The notes below the pieces were generated by a model. That model worked only from the letters and a program-made list of their open reading frames with translations, made no database searches and was not told where the DNA came from. Shown here in pieces: positions 39,456 through 49,443 of a DNA stretch of 64,000 nucleotides; position 1 is the first letter of the stretch; every line of letters begins with the position of its first letter. This DNA is from Candidatus Aegiribacteria sp. (GTDB lineage Bacteria > Fermentibacterota > Fermentibacteria > Fermentibacterales > JCC-6), in NCBI GenBank assembly GCA_030620995.1, contig JAUXIK010000006.1, positions 137-64,136 of the forward strand. Direction: 5' to 3'. The translations under genes were made by a program, and so were the position numbers.

Positions 39456-40385
39456 TCAGTTTGAGAGTATCCCCACATAGAATCTGCTGTATTCTATATC
39501 ATGCTCTTCTGTGGTTTCCAGTACAATACTGCTCATTCTCTCAACAGTTTCATCAGGCAGGGGAAATACAAGAAGAGTATCACCGCTCCAGGAACCGTCG
39601 TAGATCCAGTCTTCCCATGTGGTCCACATGGCGTTGATCTCATCTGATTTCATCGTTCCACCGGCCCAGGAACAGAGGGTTTCAAGGATATCCCCATATT
39701 CGGTTGCCTGCTGTATTTCACGATGTGTTCCGTATCTTCCGGTAATCGGATCGATGATTACTTTCCCGTCTGACTTGATGAATCTTATCAGTTCACCATG
39801 ATATTCAGGGCTCAGTACAGTTCCATCATTCGTAAGTAGTGCCGGATAGAAGTCGTCATTGTTCAGCGGTCTTAGAGCACACTCGTAATAAATGAATTTT
39901 TCACGGATTCCATCACCGAACTCCAGCAGAAACGATGGAGGCCACCTCCATATATCGAGGATCTCGGGGGAAAAACTTAGTTCATGCCTTCCAGCTGGAG
40001 TTTCAGTTCTATCGCGTTCTCCCCACGAAGTACCGGAGATGGTCCACACGGCTCTGGAAGAGCTGGCCAGATGCAGGGGGGCAATAGCTGTCAGTTTCTC
40101 AGGGACCGGCCAGGTTTCTATAAATGTTCCGGATGGAACCGTGACAGTGAAAGTACCCTGAAAAGCAGCGCCGTAGAAGTAAACAACAGGGGCTCTGGCC
40201 AATGGTTCGTCCCAGTCATCCGGAGTTGTGTAGTTACTCAAAGGATCAGATGGTGGAGCTGCTCCGATTGTTATTTCCTCAGCAAAAGTTATTGCTCCCC
40301 ATTCGTGTACATAAATTGTATTCAGGTCGGCCGGGGGAACAATAACCGTATCGACCAGTGCAGCAGCAAACATCAGCGGTAACAT
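39456..40385 (-). CDS. unknown-family protein, paralog B of tandem pair
   Basis: ATG 40385 lies 5 nt after GGAGG and gives 'MLPLMFAAALVDT', which is collinear with paralog A. Confidence 0.6.
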   Translation of the reverse strand: MLPLMFAAALVDTVIVPPADLNTIYVHEWGAITFAEEITIGAAPPSDPLSNYTTPDDWDEPLARAPVVYFYGAAFQGTFTVTVPSGTFIETWPVPEKLTAIAPLHLASSSRAVWTISGTSWGERDRTETPAGRHELSFSPEILDIWRWPPSFLLEFGDGIREKFIYYECALRPLNNDDFYPALLTNDGTVLSPEYHGELIRFIKSDGKVIIDPITGRYGTHREIQQATEYGDILETLCSWAGGTMKSDEINAMWTTWEDWIYDGSWSGDTLLVFPLPDETVERMSSIVLETTEEHDIEYSRFYVGILSN

Positions 40386-40666
40386 TCGATCCTCCAATCA
40401 AAGAATAAACTTTTATTGCATTTCTTATACATATCACCAGGATATTTATTCCCACCACAGTCCAGTCCAGGCAAACAGCAGCCGGAAAACAGGAGTAATT
40501 CAATTTCAATACGTCTGTATTTGCATTGATAGTCTAACTGAAAGAACAGGTCAACTTTCGTGCATGCTTCGCTTCTGTCAGTTCCGATATATATGCAGGT
40601 ATTCTCATACCCGGTCTGCTCCTGTTATTGTATACTACTGTGATCTTAATCCCGGGAGGTTGATTC

Positions 40667-42172
40667 TTGAGTCAGCAGATGATTTTGCACGGTATCGAGG
40701 CCGTTGTTCTCGGTCTTGCGGTAGGGCTCATTCTCTGGATGATCCGAAAGCATTCACCGGGCAGCAGGCTGAAACTATGGATTCTGCTGGCCGGGATTGC
40801 CGGCGCATCATACCTTGTGATGAAGATGTTCGGTGTATCTGAAGAATCATCCATCTACAAGATTGCTCTTGCTGCTACAATCATACTTAGCGCTAATACG
40901 ATCCTGCAGGTTCTTAACCTGTTGCTGTGGGACTATCTTCTGAAGAAACAGGGCGATATTCACATTCCGCGACTGATAATAGACATGATCAACTTCATCG
41001 TTCTGGCTATTGTCGCAGTTGCCATTCTCAACGGGATATTCGGAGTAAAGCTCACGGCGTTTCTTGTCACGTCAACCGTTCTTTCAGCCGTTATCGGACT
41101 TTCTCTTCAGGATATACTTGGCAATCTGTTTGCGGGTCTGGCCCTGCAGATGGAGAGACCCTATAAAGTGGGTGAATGGATAGGTGTCGGGGAAGAAGAA
41201 GGTAGAGTCGTACAGATGAACTGGAGGACTCTCACTATTCAAACCAGAGCCGGCGATCATGTCATCATTCCAAACGCTACCGTATCGAAGAATATCGTTA
41301 CCAATTACTCCCGCCCTGATAGACACCATATGTGCAGGATAGAAGTCGGAATGGCTTACGATCATTCACCTGAAAAGGTAAAAAAAATAATATCAGGGAT
41401 ATTCGATAAGACCGATGGAGTTTTAAAAAAACCGAATCCTCAGGTATTGCTTGATGAATTTGATGATTACTCTGTTAACTATGATGTGCGTTTCTGGGTT
41501 TCGGAATATCACAGAAAACCTGAAATTGAAAATACAGTCAGAACACATATATGGTACAGCCTTCGAAGAGCTGGACTTTCAATTCCATTCCCGATCAGGG
41601 ACGTAACAGTCAGAACTGTCCCTGAGGATCACGATGCCAGAATAAAGGATCTGCTCATAACAGAAATAATCAATGAGCTCAGAAAAGTAGAACTATTTGA
41701 ACTGCTTAACGACGAACAGATCCTGAAACTTGCTGAGAGTTCCTCCAAACAACTCTATTCAAAGGGAGAAGTGCTTGTTCACCAAGGGGATTCAGGTGAT
41801 TCCCTGTTGATTATCGAGGATGGCAAGGTTGAGGTTTATGTCTCTGATAACTCCGGTCGAAAAACTCATCTCGCAGATCTCCAGGAAGGAGATTATTTCG
41901 GTGAAATGAGCCTTCTTACAGGTGAACCCCGCTCCGCATCAGTCTCCGCGGTGTCCGAAACTGAAGTAATCATTGTTGAAAAATATGGTCTGGCTGACCT
42001 GTTGAAAACTGAACCCTTGATCCTTGAACCACTCTCTGAGATGCTGGAAAAACGGCTGGAGGATCTTTCAAGCAGAGTTGTGGATAGAGCCATCGAGGAG
42101 CAAGAACGCGAACAGCCTGTTCAAAGAGATCATATTCTTGGTCGAATAAGGGATTTCTTCGGGATAAGATAG
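40667..42172 (+). CDS. MscS-family mechanosensitive channel fused to a cyclic-nucleotide-binding domain
   Basis: 'GNLFAGLALQMERPYKVGEWI...IIPN' is the MscS core. The C-terminus 'GDYFGEMSLLTGEPRSASVSA' is a cNMP-binding domain. Confidence 0.8.
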   Translation: MSQQMILHGIEAVVLGLAVGLILWMIRKHSPGSRLKLWILLAGIAGASYLVMKMFGVSEESSIYKIALAATIILSANTILQVLNLLLWDYLLKKQGDIHIPRLIIDMINFIVLAIVAVAILNGIFGVKLTAFLVTSTVLSAVIGLSLQDILGNLFAGLALQMERPYKVGEWIGVGEEEGRVVQMNWRTLTIQTRAGDHVIIPNATVSKNIVTNYSRPDRHHMCRIEVGMAYDHSPEKVKKIISGIFDKTDGVLKKPNPQVLLDEFDDYSVNYDVRFWVSEYHRKPEIENTVRTHIWYSLRRAGLSIPFPIRDVTVRTVPEDHDARIKDLLITEIINELRKVELFELLNDEQILKLAESSSKQLYSKGEVLVHQGDSGDSLLIIEDGKVEVYVSDNSGRKTHLADLQEGDYFGEMSLLTGEPRSASVSAVSETEVIIVEKYGLADLLKTEPLILEPLSEMLEKRLEDLSSRVVDRAIEEQEREQPVQRDHILGRIRDFFGIR

Positions 42173-42204
42173 AAGATATCACACTGTTCTTGTAACTTTT
42201 TTCG

Positions 42205-42642
42205 TCAATCGTATGCCAAACGTGTTTCTTTATCTGTCAAGATGGGCTGAATACGTTCTTGCCATCTGGCTGACTTCCAAGTACCTAACTCATGGTGAGT
42301 CAAGTAATAGTTTTGTGGGATTGGATGAGTGCCTACAACCACATCCAGTCCATATTTGGCGGGAATAAATTCACAGAAAGCTTGCAGGCGTGGGCAGGGT
42401 GGATAGCCGACCACTAAACCTGTAGCTAAATGGATGACATCTGTTCCATTCTTCTTCATTTCCGCAGGAGCGTACTCTACGTTGCTGCCAGGACAACCTC
42501 CGCATGTGGTGTAGCCCACTATTTCAATTTCCTCTCCCTTGTACAGAACAAAAGCACCCTCTCGGTTTCGCAAAGCACGCAGACACTTCCCACCTGCACA
42601 CGTTTGGTAACGGTTGCAAATGATTATGCTGATTTTCTTCAT
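42205..42642 (-). CDS. CGGC-domain protein
   Basis: 'YTTCGGCPG'. The second ATG (42642) follows AAGGAG. Confidence 0.65.
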   Translation of the reverse strand: MKKISIIICNRYQTCAGGKCLRALRNREGAFVLYKGEEIEIVGYTTCGGCPGSNVEYAPAEMKKNGTDVIHLATGLVVGYPPCPRLQAFCEFIPAKYGLDVVVGTHPIPQNYYLTHHELGTWKSARWQERIQPILTDKETRLAYD

Positions 42643-42683
42643 CTTGCTTACTCCTTCTTTAATCATGTTAAGAATACTGAGGG

Positions 42684-43823
42684 TTACTGTCTCCTGATAT
42701 GCAGTTTGAAGTGTGCGGAATCCGATGAGAAGTCAGTGCCGATACTGCCCTCTACCACTCCCTTTTCAAGCACGTCGATTATATCTGTGACAAGATGGCC
42801 TGATGGGCCTTCCGGCAGTCCGCTGAAGTCAAGAAAGATAGAAGCGGCATTATCTCCGATACCGCCGAATCCTATGGTGGGTCTTCTGTTGGTATTCATT
42901 ATGTAGATTGAGCATATCGGAAGAAGCCCATTCTCACCGCTAAGCATCAGATTGCCCCATTCATCAGTTGTCAGGAAAGGTTCTTCCAGAAGGCCAAGAT
43001 CCACAGGATCCGCTCCGATTATTTCAATATCAAGCACAGGCGGTTCTGGAAAGACTCCGTCTGACAGGTAGAGAGATAGAGCATCAATAGTTCTGATTAC
43101 CGGAGCTGCAGGATATACTCGGCATCTGTAAATATTCTCTGAGCAGGACATGACCCTTCCCGATAGAGTCAGATCGTTTCCATCATCAGCCGGGATTGTG
43201 ATGCAGACAGATGATTCGAGTTGCTGGTTGTCCATTCCTCCGAGTCGCAGCTGCCACTTTGAAAGATCAAGTTTATGCAGAAGCGGATAATGTGATTCGA
43301 TATGCCAGCCCTCTTCCGTTTCAATGGCTCTCGCATCGAGGAATTGACTGGCTCCGGCGAACCAGATATCGATCTCCAGAACTCTCTCATTCAAAGATTC
43401 GTTTGAACAGAGCATTCTAAGTTCTTCTCTGCTCAGGACGCCTGGCTCAAGCAGGAAAGCATTGAAATCATAATACCCTTTGAGTAGATAGAAACCGTTG
43501 CCTGGAAACCCCACAATCTGCAGATCCCCGCTGCTGTCGGGAATAAGGAGTATTTCTTGTCCCACGGTCAGGTCATAGGCTATGCTTTCACCCATCTCCC
43601 AGAAATTGATATTGAGGGTATCGCCGGCAAGCGCATCTCCAAGGAAAACTATCTTCACGATAACGGTGGCTGAACTGTTTTCGACACTTAGAATGGTGGC
43701 TTCGTATATCCATGGCAGATCGTTAATTGATGTCTCAAGGTCTTCGAACCACGGCTCAGCGTTAACGCTAAGAGGGGGAATAGCTGTCATCATTAACAGA
43801 AGCATTATCATTCTTCCGTACAT
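42684..43823 (-). CDS. secreted hypothetical protein
   Basis: The internal ATG 43823 gives signal peptide 'MYGRMIMLLLMMTAIPPLSVNA' and removes the overlap with the upstream gene. Confidence 0.5.
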   Translation of the reverse strand: MYGRMIMLLLMMTAIPPLSVNAEPWFEDLETSINDLPWIYEATILSVENSSATVIVKIVFLGDALAGDTLNINFWEMGESIAYDLTVGQEILLIPDSSGDLQIVGFPGNGFYLLKGYYDFNAFLLEPGVLSREELRMLCSNESLNERVLEIDIWFAGASQFLDARAIETEEGWHIESHYPLLHKLDLSKWQLRLGGMDNQQLESSVCITIPADDGNDLTLSGRVMSCSENIYRCRVYPAAPVIRTIDALSLYLSDGVFPEPPVLDIEIIGADPVDLGLLEEPFLTTDEWGNLMLSGENGLLPICSIYIMNTNRRPTIGFGGIGDNAASIFLDFSGLPEGPSGHLVTDIIDVLEKGVVEGSIGTDFSSDSAHFKLHIRRQ

Positions 43824-43890
43824 GGCTTTTCCTTTCTTTCCTGTATTACAATTGTAATCAGAACAAATTCCATCTTTATCCTTGTTGAGT

Positions 43891-44385
43891 TTATCCGAAA
43901 AGTACCTTGCTGAGTGCATAATAGAAAACCATCAGAGACGAGAACACTGCACTGGCGAGAAACCTCCATTTCAGAGAAATTTTGTTCTGAATAGCGTAGT
44001 TGGCAATGAACGTTATAGGGATATTTACAATAAAAGAGTACAGACCAAGTTTGAGGAGATTGAAATTGATACCGCCCCAGTTTCCTGAGAAAACCTGGAT
44101 GAAAAGCAGATGACGGGCTATCCAGAGCGGGTTGAAGTACAGAAAGGCAAGTCCCGTTCTGAGAAGAGATGCCTGCATTCCTTTTAGACCACCCGTTCTG
44201 TAATCAATCCATCTGAAGTAGTTTGGTATCTCGAATGCGTAGACTGTCCCGCCGATAAACATCATTCCAAGAAGTCTCCAGATGGAGAACTCCGAAAGCA
44301 TGAGAGAAGCTGCGGTGTCACCGGATGAATAGATAAGAATACCCAGAATGATATCGAATCGTCTGTACCTGAACTTCACTTTCAA
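43891..44385 (-). CDS. Mpv17/PMP22-like four-TM membrane protein
   Basis: The size and 'GDTAAS...W' / 'NFFWIDxxT'-like pattern resemble the Mpv17/PMP22 family. Assignment is from memory. Confidence 0.4.
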   Translation of the reverse strand: MKVKFRYRRFDIILGILIYSSGDTAASLMLSEFSIWRLLGMMFIGGTVYAFEIPNYFRWIDYRTGGLKGMQASLLRTGLAFLYFNPLWIARHLLFIQVFSGNWGGINFNLLKLGLYSFIVNIPITFIANYAIQNKISLKWRFLASAVFSSLMVFYYALSKVLFG

Positions 44386-44390
44386 CCGCT

Positions 44391-45724
44391 TCAGTTCGAG
44401 CTCTGTTCGAGAAGCAGCAGCATTTTCTCAGTACTCAGTGGTGTTGAGTATTCCGGTTCGATTCCGGGATTGCATTCCCGAAGAGCGTTTAGAAGCGCGA
44501 AATAGGTTCCTATACCGTACATGAATGGTGGTTCTCCAACGGCTTTAGAGTTGAATACTCCTCCGTTTTCCGAAAGGTTCTCAAGAAATTCAATCTGTAC
44601 TTCATCGGGTACGAAGTAAATATCGGGGATCTTGTAAGTAGCGAGTGAGTCTGAAAGCAGCGCATGTGTTTCATTACTGTATTTCAGTTCTTCGAGAGTT
44701 ACCCATCCTATGCCCTGAAGAAGACCGCCCTCTATCTGTCCTCTGTCAATAAGGGGGTTGATACTTGTTCCGCAATCATGGACGATCTTTACTGAATCCA
44801 GCGAATATGTCCCTCTCAGCCTGTCCAGAGTTACTTCAGTCAGTGCTGTTCCGGCAACATGATACGCAAAAGGTTTTCCCTTCTCTTTCGATTTATCGAA
44901 ATAGAGTCCCGGTGTCGCGTAGTGAGCCTGAGAGGAGAGACTGACTCGATCCCTGGAAGTCTCTCTCAAAAAAAGGGGAACAGGCGCTACGCCTCCAGCC
45001 GAAAGATCGGCTTCAAGAATCTTTCCGTTCTCCACTTTAAATCGCGCTGCAGTATTGACGGTGGCTATATCGAGGTGTTTTCTCATAGAAACTTTTTCAA
45101 AATTGAATCTTGTATTCCTGTCCGGTATCCTGAATGCGAGACCTTCGATGCAGTTGAACACTTCCGAATCCATCATGTTCCTGACTGTCGCCGAAGCTCC
45201 TGTAAAACAGCGATCATCTTTTACGGTAATTATGTTCATTCCCCGTTCTCTGGAAAGGAACAGCAGTTCAGAATCCCGCAACTTTTCCGCTTCTGTGGCA
45301 AAAAGATCGGTTCCTCCGCAGTCGGGAAAACCGTGCTGAGGAGATAACCGGTAAGAGACATTACTATACCTGGTGTGCAGAAACCGCACTGAGAAGCCCC
45401 TTCGTTTACAATAAGGCTCTGAACGGGGGAATATCCTTTGGACGGGTTCAGTCCTTCCACAGTAACCAGGTGATTGCCCTGCAGCTCTCCCAAGGGTAGA
45501 AGGCAGGAATTGACGGCCATATATTTCATTCCATCCTGCTGAGGGAATCCGAGAAGCACTGTACATGCTCCACAGTCCCCTTCTCTGCAGCCTTCCTTCG
45601 TGCCGGTAAGCCGTGCTGCCTTTCTTATGAGATCAAGCGCAACTGATCCTGGCGGCAGTTCGGTAGAGAATTGCTGATCATTCAGTATGAATGAAATCAT
45701 CTTTATAAGCCCTCCATTCAGCAT
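44391..45724 (-). pseudogene. eroded xanthine dehydrogenase-family gene (2Fe-2S + FAD fragments + Moco C-terminus; frameshift and internal deletions)
   Basis: ORF 45236..45724 carries 'CREGDCGACTV' and 'CGFCTPG'. ORF 44391..45566, in a different frame, carries 'GGTDL', the FAD C-terminal block 'FEKVSMRKHLDIATVN' and then directly the Moco C-terminus 'DCGTSINPLIDRGQIEGGLLQGIGW...SKAVGEPP'. That is about 444 codons against more than 1200 expected. Confidence 0.7.
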
Positions 45725-45814
45725 ATTCTAATGTGACAATTACATTATCGCACTACCTTGAATCCCCACTCATATTTCAGTATTGTCTTCCGGTAGCTCC
45801 AGGAAGGAGTTCAA

Positions 45815-46687
45815 ATGAAAAAAATACACTGTTCATCACTGTTCAGCTTCTCTCTGCTGACAATTCTTTTGTTTAGTGTATCGCCGTCCCTTGCCGAAGA
45901 TTCCGGATTCTATCTGGAGGAATGGGAGATCAGAAAAGGCGGTCCGGATGTGATAAACGTTCAGGATTTTCCCGCGGAACTGCTGCCTGAAGGGCTGGAC
46001 AGTCTTGACCTTCTCGTTATGGGTGAACCGACGGATGGACCCGAACTTGCACTGATCGGGTATGGGGAAGATACCCAGTATCTTGGTTCAACTTCTTTCG
46101 GCATGTTCATGAATCCGGTAAAGACCTGTTCCTGGTTCGATGAGGAGGAAGATATTGTAGTAGTAGCCTCGCAATATCCTTACAGCATGTCAACTAATAT
46201 TATATCCTACAGCTGGAATTCGGAGACACTTATACTTGTTCCTGTTGACTCAGTGAATGAGGATTATTCGATTGATCAACTGTTACTGGTGGACTCACTC
46301 CTTGAAGCGCGTGAAATCGGACTGGCCGCTGAAACCCTGGATAATGTCATGTATCCTTCAAGGTACTGTTACAACGAGGAGATGTCCTGCAAATTCCTGA
46401 TTGCAGCTCATGACGCTTCCATGGCCGCTTTTCAGGAGAGAAACATTCAGGATGCAGTGCAGTACTACGAAGTAGCCTGTTCAGTGTTCGAGCGAACCTC
46501 TTGTGATATAAGCTGGTGCCATACATTTGAATCAGTCGAACACTTTCAGGAAAGCCCTTTCTCTGAATTCATAAACATGGATGAGCTCGCATCGATACTC
46601 GGCGATTACGCCATTATCTTCAAGAATGAGGATCAAATAATGGCAGGAGCATTCGCGTGGTGTGCAGCAGTGCTTGGTCTTGAGTAG
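45815..46687 (+). CDS. secreted hypothetical protein
   Basis: RBS GGAAGGAG. Signal peptide 'MKKIHCSSLFSFSLLTILLFSVSPSLA'. Confidence 0.5.
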   Translation: MKKIHCSSLFSFSLLTILLFSVSPSLAEDSGFYLEEWEIRKGGPDVINVQDFPAELLPEGLDSLDLLVMGEPTDGPELALIGYGEDTQYLGSTSFGMFMNPVKTCSWFDEEEDIVVVASQYPYSMSTNIISYSWNSETLILVPVDSVNEDYSIDQLLLVDSLLEAREIGLAAETLDNVMYPSRYCYNEEMSCKFLIAAHDASMAAFQERNIQDAVQYYEVACSVFERTSCDISWCHTFESVEHFQESPFSEFINMDELASILGDYAIIFKNEDQIMAGAFAWCAAVLGLE

Positions 46688-46745
46688 ACTAATCACATTA
46701 AATCCATCCTGATAGTCATATGACTGACCGGTGGAGGAAAAAAAC

Positions 46746-47225
46746 ATGAAAAATCTGATTGTATACGCAACGAAGTATGGCAGTGTTGCAAACGCGGCAC
46801 AACTTCTTGCGGGAGAACTTCAGGGTACGACGGATCTTGTAAGACTTGGACATGATGATGTGCCTAATCTTGATGAATACGATTCTGTAGCGATTGGCGG
46901 CTCTATCTACATAGGAAACATACAGAAAGAGGTTAAGGAATTCTGCCGGGATTTCAAGGCAGAGTTGCTTGAAAAGAAACTTGGTCTGTTCATATGTGCT
47001 GGAGAAAAGAACGAAGAAAAGCAAAGGGATATCATCAGGAAGAATTTCCCGTCAGAGCTGATTGATCACTCAACCGCGACCGGGTGGTTCGGATATGAGG
47101 TTCATTTCGAGAAAGCTTCTTTCATGGATAGAACTGTCATACGACTCATCATGCGGGTAAAGGAAAGCTTTTCTGATCTGAAGAAGGAGAACATCGCTGA
47201 GTTTGCCGCGAGAATTAACGCCTGA
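46746..47225 (+). CDS. flavodoxin-domain protein (HemG-like)
   Basis: 'MKNLIVYATKYGS' and 'YDSVAIGGSIY'. ATG 46746 lies 8 nt after GGAGG. Confidence 0.7.
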   Translation: MKNLIVYATKYGSVANAAQLLAGELQGTTDLVRLGHDDVPNLDEYDSVAIGGSIYIGNIQKEVKEFCRDFKAELLEKKLGLFICAGEKNEEKQRDIIRKNFPSELIDHSTATGWFGYEVHFEKASFMDRTVIRLIMRVKESFSDLKKENIAEFAARINA

Positions 47226-48076
47226 ATAGGGGCCGGGCCAGTCAGGGTTTTCTCCATGCAGCCATGATGGAGGAGTGCTGCTCCAGCTCTGCTGCCAGTA
47301 GTACCTGTAATCCTCAGCCTCTCCAATGCTCATATAGGCGATAATCAGTCTTGATCCGCCACCCGGTTTGTCTCTCAGCTGACTGATGTCCTGGGCTGTC
47401 AGCTGTTCCCCGTTCCAGAACAGGTCAATTATCAGAAGATCATATTCGGTTGCAGCGATAGCGTTCATGAACTCCTGTCGGCTCGGATATTCTCCGGGGT
47501 GTTTATGAGGTAGAGGAAATTATCCGTATCAGCAAGATCGGAAACATTCTCCTGATTCATATTCCAGGGCTCCGACGGATAGGCTGGGATATTGTCGAGG
47601 TCTTTGTGATCTGCTGCAAAGGAGATGCAGCATGCCTCTTCGCACCAGGTATAAGAGCTGTCCATTTTCCAGTGCGTCGAGCAGTAATCGGTGACCAGCG
47701 CTTCAATTCCCTATGCTTCTCCAAGATCGAGAAAAGAGAGCATCCACTCCGTATCAGATGCGGGAGTTGATATGTCATCACCTGTGTATCCGTAGAAAAG
47801 ATCCTCACGGCCGGAACCGTCGATTGTATTCAGGTAGGAGGATGCTGGTAATCCATCCGGTGTACCTGTTGTCGTGAACAGCTCCTGTCCGTTCTGTGGA
47901 ATAATGAAAAAACCGGGTGAAGAGTATTTCGCCCAGGAGCTTATATCCTGGATGAATTCACACATCTCATCTCTGTAATTCATTGATGAAGACGGTCCGT
48001 TATTACTACCAGTCACACATGAAGTGTGCAGAAGCATTATGGAGAGAAATCCATAGAAGAGGTCCTGAATTTTCAT
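47070..48076 (-). pseudogene. disrupted TM1410/GH114-like putative glycosidase
   Basis: The signature 'IIAYMSIGEAEDYRYYW...ENPDWPG' is present. There is an in-frame TAG at 47711-47713 and a frame change at the ATGA at 47465-47468. Similarity stops about where the convergent flavodoxin gene ends (47225). Confidence 0.5.
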
Positions 48077-48078
48077 AC

Positions 48079-49275
48079 TCAGCCCTTCACAACACCAAGC
48101 GGTTTCAGCCTGACAACAGGTGTTACAAGATCCCGCTGGGCATGCATCACATCTTCTATGTTCTTATAAGCTGCCGGGGCCTCACTGAGATCAAGTGATG
48201 GAGATCCATGTTTCTTTCGGCCGTATCCTCTGTATCTTTTCCATCCGTCAAAAACGATGCCTTTCATAGATCTGTCACAATCACCGATAGAAAGTTTTCT
48301 GGAAGCTTCTCTTCTGCCCATGACTCTTCCAGCTCCATGAGAGCAACTGTTGAATGAATCAGGATTTCCGAGACCTTCGACAATGTACGAGAATGTTCCC
48401 ATGCTGCCGGGGATAATTCCTTTTTGACCTTTCCGTGCTGAAGTAGCGCCTTTCCTGTGAACCCAGACCTTTCTGCCGAAGTGCTTTTCCAGGGCTGCGT
48501 AATTATGGTGTATATTGACTTCCTTTGAGAAACTGACATTTCCCTTCACTTCGGTAAATACCTCCCTGAAAGATGTCATAAGCCTTCTCCGGTTCTCGGA
48601 GGCGAAATCCATTGCGAATTCCATTTCTCTGATATAGTCTCTTCCATCAGCAGAATCGACGGGGAGGTAGGAAAGATCCTTTGAAGGCAGTTCTTCGCGG
48701 TTACTGATACAGAACTTTACGGCCTTTTCATGATGATGTCCGGCAATTCGATATCCCGGATTTCGTGAACCGGAGTGAATCATGAGCCAGATCCACCCAT
48801 CGTCACCGGCCTGAATTTCCAGAAAGTGATTTCCTCCGCCAAGGGTTCCCAGACTTTTCTCCGCCAGATCTTTCCCTCTTTTGTCGAACCATGACGGAAG
48901 CCGCACGAACTGATTCCAGCTTTGAGCTGACCTGTGAGAATTTCCTTCTCCTGTCGGAATTCTCTTCCCGGTAATATCGATGATTCTTCTGATATCACTG
49001 ATGCTCAGATTGTCAGCCGGAATATCTGTTCGTGTGGCAACCATACCGCAGCCTATGTCCACACCTACAGCGTATGGAATAATAACTTTTTCGCAGGCAA
49101 TAACTCCACCTATGGGCATTCCGTATCCGGGATGGCAATCAGGCATTATTGCCACATGATGGAAGGTCTGGCTGTGCCGGGACAGGTTGATCGCCTGGTC
49201 CATCGCAATCTTCTCCACATCAGTGCTCCAGAACATTATGGGGATTCTGCCTGAATCCTTATCAACCCATTCCAT
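48079..49275 (-). CDS. rtcB: RNA 3'-phosphate ligase RtcB
   Basis: 'MPDCHPGYGMPIGG', 'GGGNHFLE', 'HSGSRNPG' and 'SCSHGAGR'. Confidence 0.9.
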   Translation of the reverse strand: MEWVDKDSGRIPIMFWSTDVEKIAMDQAINLSRHSQTFHHVAIMPDCHPGYGMPIGGVIACEKVIIPYAVGVDIGCGMVATRTDIPADNLSISDIRRIIDITGKRIPTGEGNSHRSAQSWNQFVRLPSWFDKRGKDLAEKSLGTLGGGNHFLEIQAGDDGWIWLMIHSGSRNPGYRIAGHHHEKAVKFCISNREELPSKDLSYLPVDSADGRDYIREMEFAMDFASENRRRLMTSFREVFTEVKGNVSFSKEVNIHHNYAALEKHFGRKVWVHRKGATSARKGQKGIIPGSMGTFSYIVEGLGNPDSFNSCSHGAGRVMGRREASRKLSIGDCDRSMKGIVFDGWKRYRGYGRKKHGSPSLDLSEAPAAYKNIEDVMHAQRDLVTPVVRLKPLGVVKG

Positions 49276-49443
49276 GATAGCCTCCTTATCAAAATGTAAT
49301 GCAATTCCAGGGCAGGGTCATCTCTTTCCTTTTAACATTGTCATCAGCTTTTCCAGCTTAACCGAAAAAGTATTGACTGCATTTGTTCTTTTTGACATGA
49401 GTCTTCATACTACAATAAACATTCTTATTTGGAGGTTTTGCTC

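Noticed and set aside
40398-40666. Small ORFs (40279..40509 -, 40564..40842 +) and a possible ncRNA in the 270-nt spacer upstream of the MscS-cNMP gene
   Set aside because: There is no RBS, no motif, no conserved-looking structure and no repeat. It is treated as a promoter/leader region.
47711-47713. In-frame TAG as possible pyrrolysine or recoded codon
   Set aside because: TAG terminates ordinary genes in this window (for example ino1 at 2951-2953). No pyl genes are seen. The same gene also has a frameshift and a truncated end, so a nonsense mutation is the simpler explanation.
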